DNA from: Longivirga aurantiaca
GTDB lineage: Bacteria; Actinomycetota; Actinomycetes; S36-B12; CAIYMF01
DNA length: 32,000 nt
Direction of reading: 5' to 3'
Assembly (NCBI RefSeq): GCF_042660085.1
Contig: NZ_JBHSTI010000008.1
Location: 270,001 to 302,000, forward strand
The translations under genes were made by a program, and so were the position numbers. A model generated the notes under the pieces. That model worked only from the letters and a program-made list of their open reading frames with translations. It did no database searches and had not been told where the DNA came from. Of the stretch, positions 7,629 to 15,648 are shown piece by piece; position 1 is the first letter of the stretch; every line of letters begins with the position of its first letter.

Positions 7629-8073
7629 GCGTGGATGTGTCCGTGCAGGGTTCGGTCCCGCTCACCGCGGAGCAGCGGGCCCGGTTGTCCGCGCTGGCCG
7701 ACGTCCTGATCCGCGGCGGTGCCGGTCTGCCCTCGGCCAGCGAGGCGGAGGTGCACTCGGTGTGGATCGACCGGGTGTTCGTGGCGCGCCCGGACATGGA
7801 GGTCGTGGTGCGCGGGGTGCTGGACGTGGCTGGGGATGCCGAGTCGGTCGTGGCCGGTCTGCGGGCCTCGGACGCGGAGCGGTTCTCGGCGTTCGCGTTC
7901 GCTGTCGCGGGGGCGTGGCTGATCAATCCGCGGGTGCGTCGTGAGCTGGGCTACCCGGGCCCGGTGCCGATGCGTCAGCCCGCCCTGCCCGACGAGGCCG
8001 ACGCCTATCTCGAGGACGGCATCCTCGACGTCGTCATCGCCCGAGGCCCCATCTACCGCCCCACCCCGGACGC
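7560..8073 (+). repeat. 514-bp direct repeat, copy A (partner 21431-21944)
   Basis: Base-by-base comparison found only two mismatches (7657 C/G, 7903 T/G), both synonymous. The repeat covers the last 22 codons of the GMC gene plus essentially the whole small-subunit gene. Confidence 0.9.
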
Positions 8074-8080
8074 ACAGTGA
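7622..8080 (+). CDS. small subunit of the flavoprotein dehydrogenase (gluconate 2-dehydrogenase subunit-3-like), copy 1
   Basis: ORF track, 152 aa. The GTG overlaps the GMC stop (7626-7628). LTAEQRARLSALADVLIRGGAGLPSASEAEV fits the pattern of the small-subunit family. It has no twin-arginine signal. A GTGA overlap joins it to the next gene at 8077-8080. Confidence 0.6.
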   Translation: MVSVDVSVQGSVPLTAEQRARLSALADVLIRGGAGLPSASEAEVHSVWIDRVFVARPDMEVVVRGVLDVAGDAESVVAGLRASDAERFSAFAFAVAGAWLINPRVRRELGYPGPVPMRQPALPDEADAYLEDGILDVVIARGPIYRPTPDAQ

Positions 8081-9171
8081 GCTCGGTCCCTGTCTCCGAT
8101 GTCCTCGCCTGGAGCAGCGCAGTTCTCGTCGAGGCTGGGCTCGCTCCCGTCGACGCGGGATGGGTGGCGGAGAGCCTCGTCTTCGCCGACCTGCGAGGGG
8201 TGAGCACACACGGTGTGATGCGGCTCCCGACCTACGTCGCTCGCATCCGAGCGGGCGGTATCGCCGCGCGGCATTCGATCACCGTCGAGGCTGACCTGGG
8301 AGCGCTGGTGATCCTTGACGGCGGCGCCGGTGCCGGCGCGAGCCTCGGAGTGCACTCCGCCGATCTCGCCGTGGAACGCGCCCGCACCTACGGCATCGGC
8401 GCCGTGATCACCAAGAACGCCAACCACTTCGGCGCCTGCGCGTTCTACACCAACAGGATCGCCGACGCCGGGCTGCTGGGCCTGGTCGCGTGCAACACGG
8501 AATCCGTGATGTGTGCGCCGTTCGGTGGCGCACCCGTGCTGGGCACCAACCCGCTGGCGCTCGCCGTGCCGATGCCCGCGTCGGAACGCCCCCAGCTCGA
8601 CATGGCCACCACCACGACGAGCCAGGGCCGGCTGCTGATCGCGGAGCAGGCCGGGGAGCCGATACCGGTGGGGTGGGCCGTCGACGCGGGGGGACAACCC
8701 ACGACCTCCGCGAGCGAAGGCCTCCGCGGTGCGCTCCTGCCGATGGGCGGGCCGAAGGGGTTCGGGCTCGCCTTCGCCGTGGACGCACTCCTCGCGCTGG
8801 CCGGCGCCAACGTGAGCACGAGGGTGTCCGCTCTGGGCGGCGATCCCTCCGAGGCCCAGAGGCTGGGGCACATCGCCATCGCCATCCGCGCGGACGGTGC
8901 GCAGCCGCTCGACGACTACCGCAGCGCCATGAGCGGGCTTGTCGGTTCCATCCACGCCAGCTCGGTCGGGCTGGACGTGCCAGCGGCGGTCGCGCCGGGG
9001 GAGCCCGAGGTGGAGCGCGAGCGCGCGGCCGACGGGCGCATCTCGCTCTCGCCGCATGTCGTCGCGGAGCTCGCCGAGCTCGCCGAGAGCGCGGGGATCG
9101 CCCTGCCGTCCGCGCTCGCCGCACTCACGCGACCGATCACCACTCGCGAATCTGGAGAGACGAGCACATGA
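8077..9171 (+). CDS. Ldh_2-family (malate/L-lactate dehydrogenase type 2) oxidoreductase
   Basis: ORF track, 364 aa. Motifs: ADLRGVSTHGVMRLPTYV, FGGAPVLGTNPLALAVP, DMATTTTSQGR, GGPKGFGLAF. The family includes ureidoglycolate dehydrogenase and 2,3-diketo-L-gulonate reductase. Confidence 0.85.
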   Translation: MSSVPVSDVLAWSSAVLVEAGLAPVDAGWVAESLVFADLRGVSTHGVMRLPTYVARIRAGGIAARHSITVEADLGALVILDGGAGAGASLGVHSADLAVERARTYGIGAVITKNANHFGACAFYTNRIADAGLLGLVACNTESVMCAPFGGAPVLGTNPLALAVPMPASERPQLDMATTTTSQGRLLIAEQAGEPIPVGWAVDAGGQPTTSASEGLRGALLPMGGPKGFGLAFAVDALLALAGANVSTRVSALGGDPSEAQRLGHIAIAIRADGAQPLDDYRSAMSGLVGSIHASSVGLDVPAAVAPGEPEVERERAADGRISLSPHVVAELAELAESAGIALPSALAALTRPITTRESGETST

Positions 9172-10256
9172 CCACGATCGCCTCCGTGCGCTCCGACTAC
9201 TACCTGGTCCCGCTGGACGTCGTTCTGAGCGACAGCACCCACGGCAGCATCCCGCACTTCGAGCTGGTGACCGTCCGGGTCACAGACAGCGACGGAGCGG
9301 AGGGGATCGGCTACACGTACGCCGTGAACTCGGGCGGGGCTGCCTTCAAGACCCTGATCGACCACTACCTGACACCCGTGGTCCTCGGCGCCGACGTCGA
9401 CGCGAGCGAGCGCGTCTGGCAGGACATGTGGTGGGCCGTCCACTACTCCGGACGTGGCGGTCACGCGACCTCGGCGATCTCGGCCGTGGACATCGCGATC
9501 TGGGACCTGCGCGCCAAACGCGCAGGCCAGCCGCTGTGGCGCTACTTCGGCGGCTTCGACCCGAAGGTGCCGGTGTACGCCGGGGGCATCGACCTGGACT
9601 TCTCGGTCGAGGAGCTGCTCGAGCAGGCCGACCGTTTCCAGGAGCTCGGGTTCCGAGCCATCAAGATGAAGGTCGGCCGAGCGAGCCTGCGGGAGGACGT
9701 CGAGAGGGTCCGCCGGATGCGCGAGCACCTCGGCGACGACTTCCCGCTCATGGTCGACGCCAACATGAAGTGGAGCGTCGACCAGGCCGTGCGTGCTGCC
9801 CAGGCCCTCGCCGAGTTCAACCTGCTGTGGATCGAGGAGCCGACCATCCCCGATGACGTCGCGGGCCATGTGCGGGTCGTGCGCGAGGGGCGCACCCCGG
9901 TCGCCACCGGCGAGAACATGCACACGCTGTACGAGTTCAGCAACCTCATCGTCGCGGGCGGGCTGACGTACCCGGAACCGGACGTCACCAACTGCGGCGG
10001 CATGACCGTGTTCCGCAAGATCGCGGCGGTGGCGGAGGCGCACAATCTCCCCGTGACGTCCCATGGTGTGCACGATCTGACGGTCCACCTGCTCGCGGCT
10101 GCTCCCAACCGGACCTTCATGGAGGCCCATGGCTTCTCGCTGGACCGCTACATCGCCCACCCCATGGCCGTCGTGGACGGGTTCACCATGGCGCCCGAGA
10201 GGCCCGGGCACGGCATCGAGCTCGACTGGTCGGCTCTGGAGCAGCACCGGTCGTGA
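9168..10256 (+). CDS. enolase-superfamily enzyme, mandelate-racemase subgroup (probable acid-sugar dehydratase)
   Basis: Frame of ORF 8490..10256. ATG 9168 forms an ATGA overlap with the upstream stop, and GGAGAGA lies upstream. Product is 362 aa. Motifs: KxK (IKMKVG), metal ligands MVDANM / WIEEP / ATGEN, His in VTSHG. Confidence 0.85.
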   Translation: MTTIASVRSDYYLVPLDVVLSDSTHGSIPHFELVTVRVTDSDGAEGIGYTYAVNSGGAAFKTLIDHYLTPVVLGADVDASERVWQDMWWAVHYSGRGGHATSAISAVDIAIWDLRAKRAGQPLWRYFGGFDPKVPVYAGGIDLDFSVEELLEQADRFQELGFRAIKMKVGRASLREDVERVRRMREHLGDDFPLMVDANMKWSVDQAVRAAQALAEFNLLWIEEPTIPDDVAGHVRVVREGRTPVATGENMHTLYEFSNLIVAGGLTYPEPDVTNCGGMTVFRKIAAVAEAHNLPVTSHGVHDLTVHLLAAAPNRTFMEAHGFSLDRYIAHPMAVVDGFTMAPERPGHGIELDWSALEQHRS

Positions 10257-10942
10257 CTACGGGAGCGATAAGACGCCGCCTCGTCCTCTGGGATGTCGAC
10301 GGCACGCTGGTGAGCAACGACGAGAGCGACGAGCGGCTGTTCGTGGCCACCACCGAGTCCGTCCTCGGCCCGTTGCCGCACATCGTGCACCCGTACCGCC
10401 ATGGCAAGACCGACCGGCAGCAGGTGATCGAGTACCTCAAGGCCAACGGAGGCTCCTCCGCGCAGGCTGACGAGGGCTCGAGGCTTCTTGTCGAGCACTC
10501 ACGGGTGCACTTCGCCGAGCCCGGAGAGCGTGTGACGCTGCCGGGGGTGCGAGCAACGCTCGAGGCGCTCGCTGCCGCAGGGCACGTCAACGCCATGCTG
10601 ACCGGGAACAGCGAGGTGCGCGCACGGCTCAAGCTGCGATCCGCCGGCTTGTCATCGGAGCATTTCGACTGGGCGTCCAGCTTCTTCGGCGGAGCCGTCG
10701 CCTCCCGCCTAGACCTGACGCGTGCTGCCTCGGAGTACGCCGCTGGCCGCGGCCTGGTGCCGGTGGTGATCGGGGACACCGCCGCGGACTCGCACGCGGC
10801 CGAGATCGCGGGGATCGAGTTCATCGGCGTGGCCACGGGCGTGTACGACGCCTCGGAGCTACGAGCGACCCCGAACGTCCTGGTCGTCGACGACCTGGAC
10901 GTGGGTGGCCGTTCCGTCCTCGACCTTCTCGCGACCCGTTAG
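10253..10942 (+). CDS. HAD-superfamily hydrolase (phosphatase-like)
   Basis: ORF track, 229 aa. GTGA overlap with the enolase stop. DxDGT motif (LWDVDGTLV) and a late GDT..D motif (VIGDTAADSHAA). Confidence 0.7.
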   Translation: MTTGAIRRRLVLWDVDGTLVSNDESDERLFVATTESVLGPLPHIVHPYRHGKTDRQQVIEYLKANGGSSAQADEGSRLLVEHSRVHFAEPGERVTLPGVRATLEALAAAGHVNAMLTGNSEVRARLKLRSAGLSSEHFDWASSFFGGAVASRLDLTRAASEYAAGRGLVPVVIGDTAADSHAAEIAGIEFIGVATGVYDASELRATPNVLVVDDLDVGGRSVLDLLATR

Positions 10943-11337
10943 GAGCCGACGGCTGCGGCCTTCTCGGCCAGCCTGGACCCGAACTTGTCCAGGTCGACGA
11001 TGAACCGCTCATGAGTACCGGCGACGACGTCGTCGATACCGTCGTTCGCTGTGATCTCGAAGACGACACGGCGCCGATCGACCTCGGTGACGGTTGCCGT
11101 GCAGGTCACGGTCTGCCCCAGCAGTGTCGCGGCGGTGTGCGCGATGTCGACGCGCGTGCCGACGCTCGACTGGGTCGGCGGTAGGTGAGGTGCCAGCGCC
11201 TCGATCGCCGTGAGCTCCAGCAGCAGGACGAGATCAGGCGTGGCGAAGATGCGGTAGTCGCCTCGCTCCGTGCAGTCCTCGAGCTCGATCCGCTTGACCA
11301 GCGTGCCGCTGGTGCCCACGGTGATGTCGTCGATCAT
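10939..11337 (-). CDS. hotdog-fold thioesterase-like protein (FlK-like)
   Basis: ORF track, 132 aa, with GAGAGGA RBS upstream. The size and the pattern FATPDLVLLLE...SVGTRVDIAHTAATLLGQTV...RRVVFEI fit small hotdog thioesterases. Confidence 0.55.
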   Translation of the reverse strand: MIDDITVGTSGTLVKRIELEDCTERGDYRIFATPDLVLLLELTAIEALAPHLPPTQSSVGTRVDIAHTAATLLGQTVTCTATVTEVDRRRVVFEITANDGIDDVVAGTHERFIVDLDKFGSRLAEKAAAVGS

Positions 11338-11355
11338 GGTGTCCTCTCGGGTTGT

Positions 11356-12267
11356 CTAGAGCACTGCCAAAGGGTTCACCGGAGAGCCGGTTCCCCCGGG
11401 GATGCGCAGGGGGGCCATGGCGAACAGGAACTCCCAGCGGTCGAGGTCCGCGCAGGCGACCGCGAGGTCCTCGAGGGACATGTTGTCGATGAGCGGCATG
11501 CCCATCGCATTGAGCGCCAGCGCATGGATGGGCGAGACGATGCCCGCGACCGGGCTCGGTCGGGCGTCGCTGTCGCCGTCCGAGCCGAGCAGGGCGGACC
11601 CGTCGCGGCTGAGCACCTGCATGCAGTCAGGCCCGAGACCCGCACTGAAGTTCGAGGGGTCCCAGGCGCCGAGGGCGTCCTTCCTCGCACGAGCGCCCGT
11701 GCGCACGAGGACGGCGTCCCCGGGACGCAGAGACACGCCCTGCTCAGCGAGCACCGATTCGAGCTCGTCGGCTCCGATGGCCGTGCCGGGATCCAGCCAC
11801 GGCAGTCCGCGGCTGCGCGGGACGTCCACCAGGACACCGCGGGTCACTACCCCGTGTGCCATGTGGGCGACGGTTCCGACGTCGCCACCACGATCGCCGA
11901 CGTGCGTCTCGGAGTCGTAGCCGTTGTAGAGACGTCCGCGGAACACGCAGTGGCACAGGGCGTCGAGGTGCGTCACGGACTTCCCGTGGAAGTCCATGCC
12001 CACGTAGTCGGTGTTGACGCTCGGCTCGGCGTCCCCCGTGGCCGCGTATCCGGTCATGCGGTGCTCGACGGGTCGAGCGTTGTCGGGGCCGGGATCGCGA
12101 TCCAGGTCATGGCTCAGGCTGATCGAGCGGCCCACCCGGACGAGCGAAGAGGCCTCGACGACCGTGCGGTCCGAGATGTGATGGAGAGTCCCGCGCTGAT
12201 CGTCGTGACCCCAGCGACCCCAGGTGCTGACCCGATCGAAGAGCGCGTCGAAGTCCGCGGACTCCAT
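11356..12267 (-). CDS. cyclase-family protein (kynurenine-formamidase-like metal hydrolase fold)
   Basis: Frame of ORF 11356..12651. ATG 12267 lies 2 nt after the upstream stop. Product is 303 aa. FHGKSVTHLDALCH resembles the HxGTHxDxPxH motif of the putative-cyclase family. Confidence 0.65.
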   Translation of the reverse strand: MESADFDALFDRVSTWGRWGHDDQRGTLHHISDRTVVEASSLVRVGRSISLSHDLDRDPGPDNARPVEHRMTGYAATGDAEPSVNTDYVGMDFHGKSVTHLDALCHCVFRGRLYNGYDSETHVGDRGGDVGTVAHMAHGVVTRGVLVDVPRSRGLPWLDPGTAIGADELESVLAEQGVSLRPGDAVLVRTGARARKDALGAWDPSNFSAGLGPDCMQVLSRDGSALLGSDGDSDARPSPVAGIVSPIHALALNAMGMPLIDNMSLEDLAVACADLDRWEFLFAMAPLRIPGGTGSPVNPLAVL

Positions 12268-12269
12268 GG

Positions 12270-12698
12270 TCACGGGTTCCTGTCGATCTCGAACATCACG
12301 AGCTCCGCCTCGCCCTCGAGCACCACGAGTCCCTCGCCCTTGGAGACCGTGGTGGTGACGAATACCCGGCCGCGCTCCTCGTTCTTGTCGGTGACGACGC
12401 ACTCCACGGTGATGCGGTCCCCGATGAGCACAGGTCCTCGGAAGCGCATGGTCTGCGACACATACGCGCTGCCGACGCCCAGCAGCTGGGCCAACGTCGC
12501 ACCGATATAGCCGCCGCACTGCATGCCGTAGGCGACCCGCCCTCCGAAGCGTGTCGAGGCAGCGAACACCTCGTCCAGGTGCAGCGGACCTCGGTCGCCG
12601 ATGATGCCGGCGTACATGACGACGTCGGCCTCCGTGACCGTGCGCGTCCACTCCTCACGGTCGCCGACCTGGACCTGGTCGATGGTCAGGTACTTCAC
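12270..12698 (-). CDS. MaoC-like (R)-specific enoyl-CoA hydratase/dehydratase
   Basis: Frame of ORF 12270..12755. GTG 12698 forms a GTGA overlap with the ligase stop. Motifs: ADVVMYAGIIGDRGPLHLDEVFA, a hydratase-2-like motif, and a single hotdog domain. Confidence 0.8.
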   Translation of the reverse strand: MKYLTIDQVQVGDREEWTRTVTEADVVMYAGIIGDRGPLHLDEVFAASTRFGGRVAYGMQCGGYIGATLAQLLGVGSAYVSQTMRFRGPVLIGDRITVECVVTDKNEERGRVFVTTTVSKGEGLVVLEGEAELVMFEIDRNP

Positions 12699-14338
12699 GT
12701 CTGCGCTCCTGTGATGAGTTGCCGCAGGGACACCCCGGCGGCATGACGGTCCCACGTGTCCGGCGTGACGCCCTCGTTGCGCAGGGCGACCTTCTGCGGC
12801 TTCCCGTTAGGGGTCCTGGGCAGCTGATCGAGCACGCGGACGTAGCGAGGCACCATGAAGTGCGGCAGTCGTTGCGCGAGGTCGGTGATGAGAGCGCCCG
12901 GATCGAGCGGGGCGCCGGGCGCGGGGATCAGGCACAGCAGCACGTCGTCGTCGCCCGCGAACTCCGAAGGAACGCCGACGGCGGCGCACTCGGCCACGCC
13001 CGGATGCTCGAGCGCGGCACGCTCGATCTCGTACGACGAGATGTTCTCCGCTCGGCGGCGGATGCGCTCCTTGACCCGGTCCACGAAGTACACGTAGCCA
13101 TCCTCGGCGATGTAGGCGAGGTCGCCCGTGTGGAACCACAGGTTTCGCCATGCGGCCAGAGTGGCCTCGGGCATGCGCAGGTAGCCCTGCATCATGGTGA
13201 AGGGCCGTCGAGGGCGCAGGACCATCTCGCCCGTGCTGCCCAGCGGGACCTCCTCGTCGGTGTCCGGGTCGACGATCCGCAGCTCGAAGTGCTCAGCACG
13301 CAGGCGCCCGCACGATCCGATCCGCAGTGGTTCGTCGAACGGCTGCCAGATCGGGATCGTCACCTCGGTCATCCCCCACGTCTCGATCCCGCGGATGCCG
13401 AAGCGCTCCTGGAAATCCAGGGCGATGCCGGCGGGGAACGGGGAGGCCATGATGCGGGTGATGGGGTTCTCGGCATCGTCAGCTCGCACCGGCTGCTGGT
13501 GCAGCATCTCGACGAGGGGGCCGTGCAGGAGCGCGATGGTGCAGTCGTTCTCGCGCGCCCGCGACAGGAACTCGTCGACCGCGAAGCGCGTGTCGAGGAC
13601 GACGCGCCCGGCGGCCATCATCGAGCCCATGATCCCGATGAACTTCCCTGCGACGTGGAACAGCGGGATGAAGCAGTAGAAGGCGTCGTCCGAGGTCATC
13701 CGCGCGCCTTCGACGCCGAGGCGCGAGAACAGCCGCACCTGACCGTGAGGCATCATCACGCCCTTGGCCGGTCCCGTCGTCCCGGACGTGTAGATGATGG
13801 ACGCGATGTCGTGGGGTCCGACGAGCCGCTCGGGCGCGGTGTCGGACGCGCCCAGGACGTCATGGAACGCCAGGGTCCTGGTGCCGGGGACCGTCACCGT
13901 CACCGGTCCGTCGCCGGCGGGGTAGACGACGACCGTGTCCAGATGGGTGAGCGAGTCGCTGATCTCGACGACCCGGGGGAGCAGCGCCTCCTCGACGAAC
14001 ATGACGCGCGCCTGGGAGTTCTGCAGCACATGCTCGAGGCTGTGGCCGCGGTAGCCGGTGTTGATCGCGACCTCGACCGCGCCTGCGAGGCTCGTGCCCA
14101 GCCAGGTGGCGATGGACTCCGTGGAGTTGTCGGCCATGATCACGACGCACTCGCCGTGCGCGACGCCCAGCGCGACGAGCCCGTTGCCGACGGCGCACGC
14201 GGCGCGGTAGGCCTCGGCGTAGGTCACCGGTCGGCCGCCGACCTGGCGGAAGAACTCGCGCTCTCCGTCCTCGCCGGCGCGGGCCCGGAGCAGATCCGGA
14301 AGAAGCGCGTCGAGCATGACGTCCACGGTGTGCGGCAC
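12695..14338 (-). CDS. acyl-CoA synthetase / AMP-dependent ligase (ANL superfamily, CaiC-like)
   Basis: ORF track, 547 aa. AMP-binding motif IIYTSGTTGPAKGV, plus GMTE, YFVDRVKERIRR and PRTPNGK. The start may instead be GTG 14326, which has GAAGGG 9 nt upstream. Confidence 0.85.
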   Translation of the reverse strand: MPHTVDVMLDALLPDLLRARAGEDGEREFFRQVGGRPVTYAEAYRAACAVGNGLVALGVAHGECVVIMADNSTESIATWLGTSLAGAVEVAINTGYRGHSLEHVLQNSQARVMFVEEALLPRVVEISDSLTHLDTVVVYPAGDGPVTVTVPGTRTLAFHDVLGASDTAPERLVGPHDIASIIYTSGTTGPAKGVMMPHGQVRLFSRLGVEGARMTSDDAFYCFIPLFHVAGKFIGIMGSMMAAGRVVLDTRFAVDEFLSRARENDCTIALLHGPLVEMLHQQPVRADDAENPITRIMASPFPAGIALDFQERFGIRGIETWGMTEVTIPIWQPFDEPLRIGSCGRLRAEHFELRIVDPDTDEEVPLGSTGEMVLRPRRPFTMMQGYLRMPEATLAAWRNLWFHTGDLAYIAEDGYVYFVDRVKERIRRRAENISSYEIERAALEHPGVAECAAVGVPSEFAGDDDVLLCLIPAPGAPLDPGALITDLAQRLPHFMVPRYVRVLDQLPRTPNGKPQKVALRNEGVTPDTWDRHAAGVSLRQLITGAQT

Positions 14339-14341
14339 CCT

Positions 14342-15322
14342 TCAGATGTTGACGGCGGACATGTCGCTGTAGCGGTCGCCGACGACGGCATCCGGCGGGA
14401 CGAGATCGCCCAGCCGAGCCAGGTGCTCGTCCGTGAGCTGCAGCGACGCCGCGGCGACGTTGGACTCGAGGTTACGGCGGTGCTTCGTCCCCGGGATGGG
14501 TACGACGTCGTCGCCCTGTGCGAGCACCCACGCCAGCGCCAGCTGCGCGAGCGTGCAGCCCAGATCGTCGGCGATCTCGCGGGAGGCCTCCACGAGGGCG
14601 AGGTTGCGCTGCAGCGCATCGCCCTGGAAGCGCGGCGACGTGCGCCGCCAGTCGTCGGGCGCCAGGTCGTCGGCGTGGCTGATCGCACCCGTGAGCAGCC
14701 CTCGGCCCAGCGGGCCGTAGGCGACGAACCCGACGCCCAGCTCACGGCACACCGGGAGGATCTCCTGCTCCACGTCGCGGCTCTGGAGGGAGTACTCGCT
14801 CTGGATCGCCGCAACCGGGTGCACGGCATGGGCCCTGCGCAAGGTGGCGCCCGAGACCTCCGACAGCCCGATGTAGCGCACCTTGCCCGCAGCCACCAGG
14901 TCGGCCATCGCCCCGACCGTCTCCTCGATGGGAGTGTCCCGGTCCAGCCGGTGCTGCCAGTAGATGTCGATGCGGTCGGTGCCGAGGCGCTGGAGGGACA
15001 GGTCGCAGGAACGTCGGACATAGTCCGGGCGTCCGTTGACGCCGAGGTTCGTCCCGTCCGAGGCGCGCACCATGCCGAACTTGGTGGAGTAGAGGACCCG
15101 GTCCCGCTGTCCGGCGAGCGCATGACCGATCAGGGCCTCGTTGGCGAACGGGCCGTAGACGTCGGCGGTGTCGAAGAGCGTGACGCCGAGCTCCACGGCT
15201 CGCAGCAGCGTGGCGCGCGACTCCGCGTCGTCGAAGTCGGTGCCGTACGTGCCGGACATGGTCATGCAGCCCAGACCGAGGGACGACACCTCGAGCTCGG
15301 CGCCGAGGCGACGGGTGCGCAC
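14342..15322 (-). CDS. aldo-keto reductase
   Basis: Frame of ORF 14342..15700. GTG 15322 lies 2 nt after the upstream stop. Product is 326 aa. Motifs: LGAELEVSSLGLGCM, FDTADVYG, KFG, and IGLSE, typical of AKR11/13-like enzymes. Confidence 0.85.
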   Translation of the reverse strand: MRTRRLGAELEVSSLGLGCMTMSGTYGTDFDDAESRATLLRAVELGVTLFDTADVYGPFANEALIGHALAGQRDRVLYSTKFGMVRASDGTNLGVNGRPDYVRRSCDLSLQRLGTDRIDIYWQHRLDRDTPIEETVGAMADLVAAGKVRYIGLSEVSGATLRRAHAVHPVAAIQSEYSLQSRDVEQEILPVCRELGVGFVAYGPLGRGLLTGAISHADDLAPDDWRRTSPRFQGDALQRNLALVEASREIADDLGCTLAQLALAWVLAQGDDVVPIPGTKHRRNLESNVAAASLQLTDEHLARLGDLVPPDAVVGDRYSDMSAVNI

Positions 15323-15324
15323 GG

Positions 15325-15633
15325 CTACTGCCCGACCGGGAAGACGGTCTCGACCCGGCGGACGGAGATGCTCAGGACGAAGGCCTTGGGCTCGTCGCCG
15401 ATCACCGCGGCCCGCCTCTCCGACGCCCGGTAGCGGGCCTCCTGCTCCTCGGCGGTGCCCTCGCCGACGAACTCGCGCACCCACAGGAAGGTGGAGGTCG
15501 CACGGTCGGCCCACGCACCGCGCACGGGCAGCCCGAACTCCTCGTGGAGGGGCACGATCTTGTCGTGGAAGAGCGTCAGCCAGGCGTCCATCGTGCCTGG
15601 GACGATCTCGTACGTTCGATGCTCGACGGTCAC
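15325..15633 (-). CDS. NIPSNAP-family small alpha/beta-barrel protein
   Basis: ORF track, 102 aa, GTG start with GGAGAGG RBS. The pattern YEIVPGTMDAWLTLFHDKIVPLHEEFGLPVRGAW...FLWVREF fits NIPSNAP domains. Confidence 0.6.
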   Translation of the reverse strand: MTVEHRTYEIVPGTMDAWLTLFHDKIVPLHEEFGLPVRGAWADRATSTFLWVREFVGEGTAEEQEARYRASERRAAVIGDEPKAFVLSISVRRVETVFPVGQ

Positions 15634-15648
15634 CGGTATCCTCTCCTA

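Noticed and set aside
7560-8073. The 514-bp repeats as ends of a composite transposon or IS element
   Set aside because: The repeats are ordinary coding sequence (GMC tail plus small subunit) in direct orientation. There is no transposase, no terminal inverted repeat and no visible target-site duplication.
8490-9167. Long N-terminal extensions of the enolase-superfamily ORF (8490), mutase ORF (25302), AKR ORF (to 15700) and cyclase ORF (to 12651)
   Set aside because: The extensions overlap upstream genes in another frame and are Arg/Gly-rich. Internal starts at 9168, 25599, 15322 and 12267 give canonical N-termini and ATGA/GTGA-type coupling.
12719-15433. 904-aa ORF on the plus strand opposite the acyl-CoA synthetase and aldo-keto reductase
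   Set aside because: Same reasoning as above. It has a low-complexity R/D/G/H composition. The minus-strand genes carry clear AMP-binding and AKR motifs and are translationally coupled.
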